In this document: positions 17,771 through 25,835 of the stretch, piece after piece | Numbering within the stretch: position 1 is the stretch's first letter | How the letters are laid out: the number at the start of each line of letters is the position of its first letter | Source of the DNA: Candidatus Bathyarchaeia archaeon | GTDB lineage: Archaea; Thermoproteota; Bathyarchaeia; Bathyarchaeales; Bathycorpusculaceae | Assembly: GCA_038868115.1 (NCBI GenBank) | Contig: JAWBXA010000001.1 | Location: 2,379-66,378, forward strand | Reading direction: 5' to 3' | DNA length: 64,000 nucleotides | Position numbers and translations under genes: made by a program | Notes under the pieces: model-generated | What the model saw: the letters and a program-made list of their open reading frames with translations, nothing else | The model's database searches: none | Told to the model about the DNA's origin: nothing

Positions 17771-18585
17771 AAAGGGAGGAGATTAAAGTTTGTATTCTGC
17801 GTGTTGGCGGAACCAATTGCGATGCGGAAACTAAAACAGCCTTTGAAGATTTAAGCGTTCAAGCCCAAATCCTCCACGTGAATGAGGTGGTTAAACGGCG
17901 AAACCTTCTGGACTATAACGCCCTGGTTTTTCCAGGCGGATTCTCTTATGGAGATTATGTGCGCGCTGGCGCCATTTGGGCAAAGTGGATGCTCGCCAAA
18001 ATGAGAAAAGAACTGGAGGCTTTTGTGGAAGAGGGGCGTCCAATCCTCGGCATCTGCAACGGTTTTCAAGTTCTTGTTGAGGCTGGCTTGCTCCCAGCAT
18101 TTGAAGGCATTAGTCCCTATCCAGAGGCGGCACTAGCTACAAACCATCCGCCGGGCTACAATTGCAGATGGATTTACATAAAACACGAGAACAACGGCAA
18201 ATGCATTTTTACAAGGAAAATTCCAAAAGGCAAAGTTTTACGCCTGCCAGTCGCCCATGCAGAGGGCAGATTCATATTTGCAAAAGAAAAGGAGAAGCAA
18301 TATTTGGAAAGGCTTTACGAGAACGACCAGCTGGTCTTCAGATACTGCACAAAAGACGGTGAATATGCAGATGGACGTTACCCAATAAATCCAAACGGCT
18401 CATTCCATGACATTGTGGGCATATGCAACCCTGAAGGCACAGTTTTCGGTTTGATGCCCCATCCAGAAAGAGCCTTCTATTGGTGGCAGCAACCAGACTG
18501 GACAAGGCAGAAACTCATGCCCCAATATGGAGATGGAAAACTAATTTTTGAAAGCCTAATCGACTATTTAGAGAAGCATTTTTAA
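17767..18585 (+). CDS. purQ: Phosphoribosylformylglycinamidine synthase subunit I (glutaminase)
   Basis: 272 aa. Class-I GATase with GICNGFQ (nucleophile Cys) and MPHPER. Confidence 0.9.
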   Translation: MKREEIKVCILRVGGTNCDAETKTAFEDLSVQAQILHVNEVVKRRNLLDYNALVFPGGFSYGDYVRAGAIWAKWMLAKMRKELEAFVEEGRPILGICNGFQVLVEAGLLPAFEGISPYPEAALATNHPPGYNCRWIYIKHENNGKCIFTRKIPKGKVLRLPVAHAEGRFIFAKEKEKQYLERLYENDQLVFRYCTKDGEYADGRYPINPNGSFHDIVGICNPEGTVFGLMPHPERAFYWWQQPDWTRQKLMPQYGDGKLIFESLIDYLEKHF

Positions 18586-19482
18586 CTCCTCAAGGCGGGG
18601 AAGCCCAGTGCGGGCGCCCATCTTTGTTATGCAACGAGAAGCAACAAAATTGCCCAGCTTTGCACATTCTTTTAGGCTCTTATTATTCGACAAGCCGTAA
18701 AGAAAGCCAGCGCAGAAGGCGTCTCCGGCACCTGTCGTGTCGACAATCCGCACCTTGAAAGCTTCCGCGTGATGGCTTTCCTCCCCATCTGTGACATAGC
18801 ATCCCTTGCCACCAAGCTTAACTGCGACTATTTTAACTCCAAGCTCCAAAAGTTTTCCAGCGCCCTCAACATAGTCTTCAACACCTGTTAGGAGCGTCAA
18901 TTCCCGCGAGTTCGGCATGAAAACAAAGCTTCTCTCCAAAATTGGTTTTAGGGCTTTCATGCCTTTTCTTGCATAAAGCTCGCCCGGGTCCATGCTTATT
19001 TTAACATCTTCTGGCAGAGTTTCCACAAGCTTTTTCTGGGTTTCAAAGGATTTCTCGCCTACAAAAGAGGTTAAATGGAGGAATTTCGCTTGACTGGCAT
19101 ACCTTTTATCTATTTCTGCGAAGTCTATAGTGTCGTTTACGCCGGGGTCCACGTATAGGGCTCTCTCGCCCCTCTCGTCTACAAAGCCCATAACCATTCC
19201 GCTGCGTCCATCCTTTGCCCTTATAATGCCCTTTGTGCTTACGCCTTCTCTGCGGAAGTCTTCTAGAAGCATTCTACCCTCCCTGTCATTGGCAACCTTC
19301 CCAATAAAGCCGACTTTGCAGCCAAGCCTAGCCAAGCCCACAATAGTATTAGCGGCTGAGCCTCCACAAGCCTCCTCGAATCCTTTTATGAAGCCTTCCT
19401 CCTCTGGTCCGGCTATCTTGTTAACCTTGTAGAGTTTGTCCATGTTTAGGGCGCCGAAGCCTATAACGTCGAAGCGTTTCAT
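18568..19482 (-). CDS. PfkB-family carbohydrate/nucleoside kinase
   Basis: 304 aa. GGSAANT at the N-terminus and DTTGAGDAF near the C-terminus. The substrate cannot be inferred. Confidence 0.8.
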   Translation of the reverse strand: MKRFDVIGFGALNMDKLYKVNKIAGPEEEGFIKGFEEACGGSAANTIVGLARLGCKVGFIGKVANDREGRMLLEDFRREGVSTKGIIRAKDGRSGMVMGFVDERGERALYVDPGVNDTIDFAEIDKRYASQAKFLHLTSFVGEKSFETQKKLVETLPEDVKISMDPGELYARKGMKALKPILERSFVFMPNSRELTLLTGVEDYVEGAGKLLELGVKIVAVKLGGKGCYVTDGEESHHAEAFKVRIVDTTGAGDAFCAGFLYGLSNNKSLKECAKLGNFVASRCITKMGARTGLPRLEELKMLL

Positions 19483-20405
19483 GGGAACAACTCACGCAAA
19501 TAAATCTTGTAATCGCCGAGTTTCCCACTATAATTTCCAGCTGAAATTTTCACCACTCCTTTGACGGTTAGGGCGGCTTCTATTCCGGCTTTCATAGCCT
19601 TTTTAACAGCTTCAAGCGAAACCCCGTTAATTACGATTTCTGGAACGTAGTTTACACCTTCTGGAACCTTCGATTCCTTGCCCAGTTTCTTCTTTAATGA
19701 TGGACAGTAGGGATGGTTTGTTGTCGGTCCTATCCATGGATAGCGGGTTTCAGGTTTTGAGCCAGCAGAACATATTTCAAAAGGCGTAACCACGCCTTCC
19801 ACTTTGTGGATAGCTTCCAAAGCCTTTGCTCCGGCTTGCATAACAGCTTCTTTTGTCTGGCACATTATCCAGAAGTTCGCGCCCATAACGCCGCGGGCGT
19901 ATCCTAAAAACCGCTCTATCATAAAGTCTGGAACCATTATAGGGACAACTATGACCTCGCGTCCATGACGGTTTTCAACCCACTCGTAGCCGTCTCCGCA
20001 GTGACCGACACGCTCCATCACGTCAATCTTGCCTAAAGCGTTTGGCAAAGCATCAAAAACCGCTGTAAAAGGCTTGACTAGAACGTCTTGTCTAATCCTG
20101 TAGGAAAGCTCAACTTCAAACTTTTTGAGGGATTCCGAAAAGGGCTTTTTAGGGTCTATCCCGCCCCAAAACTGGAGAACAACGCCTTTCCGCTGGTCTG
20201 GAGTTTCTCTTTCGCTTAGCCACCTCTCAATTCCGCCTTCAACTCTACCGATAACTATGGATGGCGTGGCAGTAGCGTGCAAAGCCGCCTTGCGCAGTGT
20301 TTCTTCATCATCAGCCGTAACAATTACTCGACAGTAAATCCCCTCAAAGGCTTCGGCATAAGTGTCCTCAATAAACCCTTTCTTGGTCAAGACTGTTCCT
20401 CGCAT
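19479..20405 (-). CDS. ftr: Formylmethanofuran--tetrahydromethanopterin N-formyltransferase
   Basis: 308 aa. It aligns by eye along its length with methanogen Ftr as I recall it: [10 protein letters not shown]..., [40 protein letters not shown] and [25 protein letters not shown]. Confidence 0.85.
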   Translation of the reverse strand: MRGTVLTKKGFIEDTYAEAFEGIYCRVIVTADDEETLRKAALHATATPSIVIGRVEGGIERWLSERETPDQRKGVVLQFWGGIDPKKPFSESLKKFEVELSYRIRQDVLVKPFTAVFDALPNALGKIDVMERVGHCGDGYEWVENRHGREVIVVPIMVPDFMIERFLGYARGVMGANFWIMCQTKEAVMQAGAKALEAIHKVEGVVTPFEICSAGSKPETRYPWIGPTTNHPYCPSLKKKLGKESKVPEGVNYVPEIVINGVSLEAVKKAMKAGIEAALTVKGVVKISAGNYSGKLGDYKIYLRELFP

Positions 20406-20553
20406 TCAGCCATTTAGTCGGTTTCAGCTAATAAACCTTTAACTGGCATCAAAATGGCGCTATTTTTACTTTGGCTTTTTATCCGAAAACGTAAAAAGGA
20501 ACCCTTTTGCTACATTAAGCTACAACTGTCGCTTTCAAAATTTGGGAATCCCA

Positions 20554-21804
20554 ATGAAGATGGCTGTTCTTGTCTATGAGTATCCTCCGAAAATAGTTGG
20601 TGGTTTAGGCACTTACGCGGCTGAAATCACGCGCAAGTTTGTCTTAATGGACCACGATGTTACGGTTTTCACGATGAACGATGACGAAGGAAGCTTGCCC
20701 ACAAGGGAGATTTGGCGGGGCATAGAAATTCACCGCCCATTACACATCGACGTTTCTGACTCGCTTCCAGACGTAGTGGCTGAGGACGTTAAAAAGTGGG
20801 GTAGAGGCATACAGCTCTTTTCAAAAATCCTCGTCTACAACTATCTAAGCGCCTCAAAACTTGTCAACGAACTGATAGGGAAAGAAGGCTTCAAATATGA
20901 CATTGTGATTGCCCACGACTGGCTTTCAGTCATAGCTGGAATCACCGTAAAGAAGGAGACCGGTCTCCCGCTGGTTTTCCATGTTCACTCAACAGAGAAG
21001 GGACGAACTCTCGGAAACGGTTCAGAGGTCGTAAGCAACATTGAGCTTCGCGGAGCCCAAACTGCAGACCTCGTAATCACAGTTTCATATGCCATGAAAG
21101 ACGAACTAATAAAGCTTGGTTTTCCACGAGAGAAAATCGAGGTCTGCTACAACGGCGTTGACCCCCAAAAGTACAACCCGGAAAACGTTAGCCTGGACCA
21201 GATAAGGCAAGTTAGAGAATTTTACGGTATAAAGCCAGAAGACTCTATGATTCTCTTCCTCGGAAGGCTCGTGGGCGTTAAGGGCGTTGATAAACTCGTC
21301 ATGGCTATGCCTCACATACTACAGAAAATTCCAAATGCAAAGCTCGTCATCGTTGGCTTGGGCGACTTACAAGAATATCTAGTCAACCTTGTACGGACAA
21401 TGAAACTCCAAGATGTTGTAAAATTCAACTTCAAGTTTATACCAGAAGAGGAGCGCATCCTTCATTATGCTGCCTGCGACGTGGCAGTTTTCCCAAGCCT
21501 ATACGAGCCCTTTGGCATAGTTACCCTAGAAGCCATGAGTATGGAGCGTACAGTGGTTGTCGGAGCCGCAGGCGTCAGTGGAATGAGAGAAATAGTTATA
21601 CCATGCGGAGAAGAGCAATGCGGCTATCATATAAACCCGAACAATCCGGCAGACATAGCATGGGGTGTTGTCAGCGCCTTAGAAAATCCTGAAAAGCGGA
21701 AATTGCTCGGAAAAAACGGGAGACGCCGAGTTCTAAACGAGTTCACATGGGATAAAATAGCAGAAAAAACAATTGAGCTTTATGAACGTGTAGTGAAAAG
21801 CTAA
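20554..21804 (+). CDS. Glycosyltransferase family 4 / glycogen-synthase-like (GT-B fold)
   Basis: MKMAVLVYEYPPKIVGGLGTY N-terminus and C-terminal FPSLYEPFGIVTLEAM (EX7E-type motif). The ORF-track TTG at 20542 is probably upstream of the true ATG. Confidence 0.8.
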   Translation: MKMAVLVYEYPPKIVGGLGTYAAEITRKFVLMDHDVTVFTMNDDEGSLPTREIWRGIEIHRPLHIDVSDSLPDVVAEDVKKWGRGIQLFSKILVYNYLSASKLVNELIGKEGFKYDIVIAHDWLSVIAGITVKKETGLPLVFHVHSTEKGRTLGNGSEVVSNIELRGAQTADLVITVSYAMKDELIKLGFPREKIEVCYNGVDPQKYNPENVSLDQIRQVREFYGIKPEDSMILFLGRLVGVKGVDKLVMAMPHILQKIPNAKLVIVGLGDLQEYLVNLVRTMKLQDVVKFNFKFIPEEERILHYAACDVAVFPSLYEPFGIVTLEAMSMERTVVVGAAGVSGMREIVIPCGEEQCGYHINPNNPADIAWGVVSALENPEKRKLLGKNGRRRVLNEFTWDKIAEKTIELYERVVKS

Positions 21805-22113
21805 ACACCGTAGACATAAACTTTGGCTCCTCAAATACTGATGCTTATGTACACAGAAATGCTGCAGAGGGGAGCTCCGCCCTCCTTTATTTTGGATTGG
21901 AGAGTATAAGCAGGCGAACTTGAGAGCTGCAAAAAATCTAGACGCCAACTTTCTGCCGACAAACCTGAAGTCGCCATGGAGCTTGAGAGAATAGCCAATG
22001 AAAATGAAGTGCTAGGGTTTAGTCGGACAACAAAAAGGAAACAGGCTTTTTCTATTAGATGCTTAAATATGCGATCTTCAATCTTTAATTAGTAAAGAAT
22101 CGAAGGCGTCTAA

Positions 22114-22464
22114 TTGGAGTTCGATAAGGAAACATTCAAAAAGTTGTTTCCAAACCTTGCAAAGGAGATGGAAGTCGGCGAAAACAAGGTTGCAGTAAGC
22201 TCAATTAAAAACGATGTTAAGTGTGAGGAAAAGGCGATCTTAAGAAACTTTCTACATTACGACCCAGACGTTATAGATTTTCTTCGCCGATGCGACACAA
22301 CAGAACAAGCGGAAGAAATAATAGCCTACATGGAGAAAAGAGGCGAAATAAGCAAGGAATATGCCGAAAAATTGAGGAAACAGTTGAAGAAGAAAGGTGT
22401 CAGAAGCTTCGGGCCTAAAAAAGAGGAAAACTACTATTTAAGGCGTGCTGGACTTGTGAAATAA
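22114..22464 (+). CDS. Conserved archaeal hypothetical protein (DUF2095-like)
   Basis: 116 aa, TTG start. FKKLFPNLAKEME...DPDVIDFLRRC...MEKRGEISKEYAEKLRKQL resembles the archaeal DUF2095 family from memory. Function unknown. Confidence 0.5.
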   Translation: MEFDKETFKKLFPNLAKEMEVGENKVAVSSIKNDVKCEEKAILRNFLHYDPDVIDFLRRCDTTEQAEEIIAYMEKRGEISKEYAEKLRKQLKKKGVRSFGPKKEENYYLRRAGLVK

Positions 22465-22469
22465 ACCTT

Positions 22470-23265
22470 TTAGACTTGTTCCGGCGGCACCCCTTCAGGA
22501 GCATAACCCGTATAATATCTTAGCTTGTAATTTCGCAGCCTTTGAACCACACGAGTGTAAAGTATTAACTCTTCAATTTCTGTCTCTTCAGCTAATTCTG
22601 GGCTGATCTTTTGTATTCGCTCTATGAGGAATTGCAAGCTCTTTTTGGGGGAAAATGACGCCATAACCGATGGGTGACAACTCACTTTCGCATTTACCGC
22701 ATCTCCAGCGCCTTAAGCTGCAACTTAAACCCTTCTGGTTTAGCGCCTGTAAGTAATGCAAATTCTTCTTCACTGCAACCCTTAAGCGAAACCCTTACGT
22801 GTACGAAGCTGTATTTTGCAAGGTCTTCTGCATAGCTCTCGTCATAGGCTATGGGTATTCCGTTAGTTTCGAGTATGAAACGATATTCCTTGCCATTAAG
22901 GCTTTCAAGAAGATCAAGCAAGTGCTGCTTTCCTATTGTCGGTTCTCCACCACTCAGCCTAAGTAAGTCAAGACGGCATTTTTGGCAAGGGAAACAAGGC
23001 TTTCGGCAACTTTTCTAGGTGTGTAAAAAGTGCCAACATCATGGGGACGGTTCATAACGGCGTCTGAAACCCAACAGAAACGGCACAGCAAACCGCACCC
23101 AACACAGTCAGCTGTAACTATGCCACCATACCATCTTGCAGGTCTTATGCGATAATATTTCCTTTCCAATCCCTCTGGACCGACGCGTGTAACAAGCTTT
23201 TCTATGGCCATATGCCTCGTAACGGGATCATAGAATGTTGCCAAAGGAAACCAGCCTTTTATCAA
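22470..23265 (-). pseudogene. Radical SAM enzyme gene interrupted by two frameshifts
   Basis: Three consecutive minus-strand ORFs (22954-23265, 22694-22921, 22470-22685) join into one protein. The CVGCGLLCRFCW cluster motif (CxxxCxxC) is followed, after a frame change near 22950, by RLSGGEPTIGKQHLLDLLESLNG.... A second frame change occurs near 22690, between LKALE and DAVNAKVSCHPSVM.... Confidence 0.7.
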
Positions 23266-23313
23266 TGATTAAGGAAAGGCTAGTTTTAAATTATGCCATA
23301 CCATTAAGTTTTA

Positions 23314-23766
23314 ATGATGCTGTTGAAATGCGGCGATTTTCTCAGCAACCGCGAAATCTCAAGAGTTTTCGATGTATGCGCTCAGAGGGGAATAAGGTAT
23401 AGTGGAAGCTTACAGAAAGGGATTAGGCATATCGTCTTGATAACGGTTTTACATAAGACCCCTGAGGAAAGCTTGCGTAACCCATACAATGACCGCTTTG
23501 AGGGCGACTTCCTTCTCTACACTGGTGAGGGCCGTGTTGGAAAACAGAAAATGGTGAGGGGAAACCTTGCGTTAAGAAGACAAATGGAGAAAGGCTTTCC
23601 GATCTTCGTCTTCGAGAAGAAGTCGCCGGGTAAATACATGTTCTTAGGGCAGTACAGCGTGTTATCAGTGCATGTGGAAATTCAACCGGACGTGGAGGGA
23701 CAGAGAAGAGAGGTGCTCCTGTATAAACTAAAAAGGGTATCCCATTCTGTTTCATTAAACTTGTGA
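23314..23766 (+). CDS. Stand-alone SRA/YDG-like (PUA-superfamily) domain protein
   Basis: 150 aa. The pattern GIR..(x)..IVLI...YNDRFEGDFLLYTGEGRVGKQKMVRGNLALRRQMEKGFPIFVFEK...GKYMFLGQYSV......VLLYKLKR matches the SRA layout Y.D..d.gd...YTG.GG...Q.l..gNlAL......PVRV.......Y.Y.G.Y.V.....f.L.R. No nuclease domain is attached. Confidence 0.5.
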   Translation: MMLLKCGDFLSNREISRVFDVCAQRGIRYSGSLQKGIRHIVLITVLHKTPEESLRNPYNDRFEGDFLLYTGEGRVGKQKMVRGNLALRRQMEKGFPIFVFEKKSPGKYMFLGQYSVLSVHVEIQPDVEGQRREVLLYKLKRVSHSVSLNL

Positions 23767-23850
23767 AAAAGCTTCGTTTCTAAAAGTAAATAAATAGGTC
23801 TTTTGATATTAGAAAGCCAGACTTCAAGGTTTAGATGTGGAGGAAAAAGC

Positions 23851-25557
23851 TTGAAAAGGAAAGCTGTGGCTTTTACAGTCTTAACTGTTATGCTGTTAAT
23901 TCTCGTTTTAAACATGATTTATTATGTTGTGAACGTTAAAGCTGATGCTCCCTCATATGCTGTTGAATGGGTTAATCATCAGGTGAAAATTCTTTATAAT
24001 GGCTATATTCTCGTAAACGACACAATAAAAGTGGATGGAGATGTGCGGAACGGTTTCCTTATTGGTTTTCCATATAGGTATGCGCCTTATGTTCTCCGCT
24101 GTATAGCCTACGACACCGCCAATTTCACTCGGCAGTACAACGTCGTAAGTGGTGTGCCATTAAACAGTCGTATGGGCTTTTACGGTTTTAACGTCGCCTT
24201 AAACCCACAGCCACAAAATGGAGTCTTTAGCGTCATTTTTGTACTTTCAAACAGTCTTCTTAGGCAGAACCCACAGAACACAAGCCTTTACACTCTAGAC
24301 TTTCCAGCTTATCCAAGCCTTGTGGTGAACACTTCTTCATGCAATGCCTCAGTTGTTCTGCCTCAAGATGCAAAATTTGTAAGCGGCACAGGCACGGTTA
24401 ACGCGACAAACTATTTGTTGGAAAAGCCATTGCCGCAGTTCACATATGAGCCTGCAAACATGACTTTCCAATTAGCCACCGATGATATACAGTTGTTCAC
24501 GATAGAGGAGTTTAAACGCGAAATTAATTTCGGCAGCATGGGTGAAGTTGCGGTTTCGGACAGCTACTTCATAAGGAATGAATCGCCACAGCAAATGACA
24601 ACCGTTAAAGTGTCTTTACCATTGAACGCCACAGGCGTGCGGGTTGAGGATGAATTTGGAAGGAGGAGTGAAATAAAATTGGATGCTAGGACTGGCATGT
24701 ATACGGTAAACTTATTCTTGCCTGTTGAAAGCGGCAAATCATCAAGGTTCATTGTAAGGTATAACTTGCCAAAAAACGTGAGCCTTACATTTTTCAAAGA
24801 AATAAACTATTACGTTAAGGAAGCATCTATAACCGTTATGTTGCCAGAGGGCGCCAAAATCGCAAGTCTAAGCTACAGCGGCGCTTCGCCCATTGGTACA
24901 TATGGTGTGTCAAGGGACGTGTTCCAGGAAAAAATCACTATAAGTAGACAAGGGATTTTATCCTTGGACAGCTTCACGATGGAATTTGCATACCAGTATA
25001 ATCCTCTATGGTTGGCTTTCCGTCCTACGTTGTGGGTTTGGGCTCTGGCTGTTTTGGGATGTGCTATTGTTGCTGTTTGGCGGAGGCCTAAAGCGCCAGA
25101 GGCTGTTGTTGCGGTGCCAACGGTCGCTGTTAGGTTGAGTCCAGAAATCCTTAGAAAGTTTGTGGAGTCCTATGAAGAGAGGAGGAAGATAACATCGGAT
25201 ATAAAGTCCCTTGAAGTTGCCGTCAGCAAAGGTAGGATTCCAAGACAGAGGTATAAGGTGCAGAGGAAGACTTTGGAAACGCGGCTTGCATCTCTTTCTA
25301 GAAGCTTGGATGAATTGAAGCTGAAGCTTAGGTCTGCTGGGGGACGTTACGCGGATCTGATGCGCCAGCTTGAAGTTGCTGAAACAGAGCTTAACGAGGT
25401 TGAATCAAACATTAGGAGCATTGAAGCCCGCCATCGTAGAGGTAACTTAACACTTGAGGCTTACCGCAAACTCTTGGCAGACTATGAGAGCAGAAGGGAA
25501 AAAGCTGAAACCACTATAAGCGGAATTCTGTTAAGGATACGTGAAGAAATCCGCTAG
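23851..25557 (+). CDS. Type-I-like membrane glycoprotein with a ribophorin I/OST1-like ectodomain and a cytoplasmic coiled-coil tail
   Basis: N-terminal signal anchor (KRKAVAFTVLTVMLLILVL). About 10 NxS/T sequons lie in a ~400-aa ectodomain. A second TM helix (LWVWALAVLGCAIVAVW) is followed by ~150 aa of heptad-like charged sequence. The likely start is the TTG at 23851 after GGAGG; the ORF-track TTG is at 23803. Confidence 0.55.
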   Translation: MKRKAVAFTVLTVMLLILVLNMIYYVVNVKADAPSYAVEWVNHQVKILYNGYILVNDTIKVDGDVRNGFLIGFPYRYAPYVLRCIAYDTANFTRQYNVVSGVPLNSRMGFYGFNVALNPQPQNGVFSVIFVLSNSLLRQNPQNTSLYTLDFPAYPSLVVNTSSCNASVVLPQDAKFVSGTGTVNATNYLLEKPLPQFTYEPANMTFQLATDDIQLFTIEEFKREINFGSMGEVAVSDSYFIRNESPQQMTTVKVSLPLNATGVRVEDEFGRRSEIKLDARTGMYTVNLFLPVESGKSSRFIVRYNLPKNVSLTFFKEINYYVKEASITVMLPEGAKIASLSYSGASPIGTYGVSRDVFQEKITISRQGILSLDSFTMEFAYQYNPLWLAFRPTLWVWALAVLGCAIVAVWRRPKAPEAVVAVPTVAVRLSPEILRKFVESYEERRKITSDIKSLEVAVSKGRIPRQRYKVQRKTLETRLASLSRSLDELKLKLRSAGGRYADLMRQLEVAETELNEVESNIRSIEARHRRGNLTLEAYRKLLADYESRREKAETTISGILLRIREEIR

Positions 25558-25622
25558 CGAACCTAAAGGCTTTTATTTTGACCCTAAAATTTGAAGGAAA
25601 TCTAGCTGAAGGAGGGAATAAA

Positions 25623-25805
25623 ATGGTAAAGATAGTGGTTGACAACCATAAGTGCACCGGATGCGGCACATGTGTCGATACTTGTCCAGTAGGCGTTTAT
25701 GAAATAAAGGATGGCAAATCAATTCCAGTAAAAGTGGAGGAATGCCTTGTCTGCAGGGCATGTGAAGCTCAGTGCCCAGAAAGCGCCATTCAGGTAATTG
25801 AATAA
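25623..25805 (+). CDS. fdx: 2x[4Fe-4S] ferredoxin
   Basis: 60 aa from ATG 25623, preceded by GGAGG. It has CTGCGTCVDTCP and CLVCRACEAQCP. The ORF-track start at 25578 is probably too far upstream. Confidence 0.85.
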   Translation: MVKIVVDNHKCTGCGTCVDTCPVGVYEIKDGKSIPVKVEECLVCRACEAQCPESAIQVIE

Positions 25806-25835
25806 CTGCCACCTTTCCTTTTCTTTAAAAGCATC

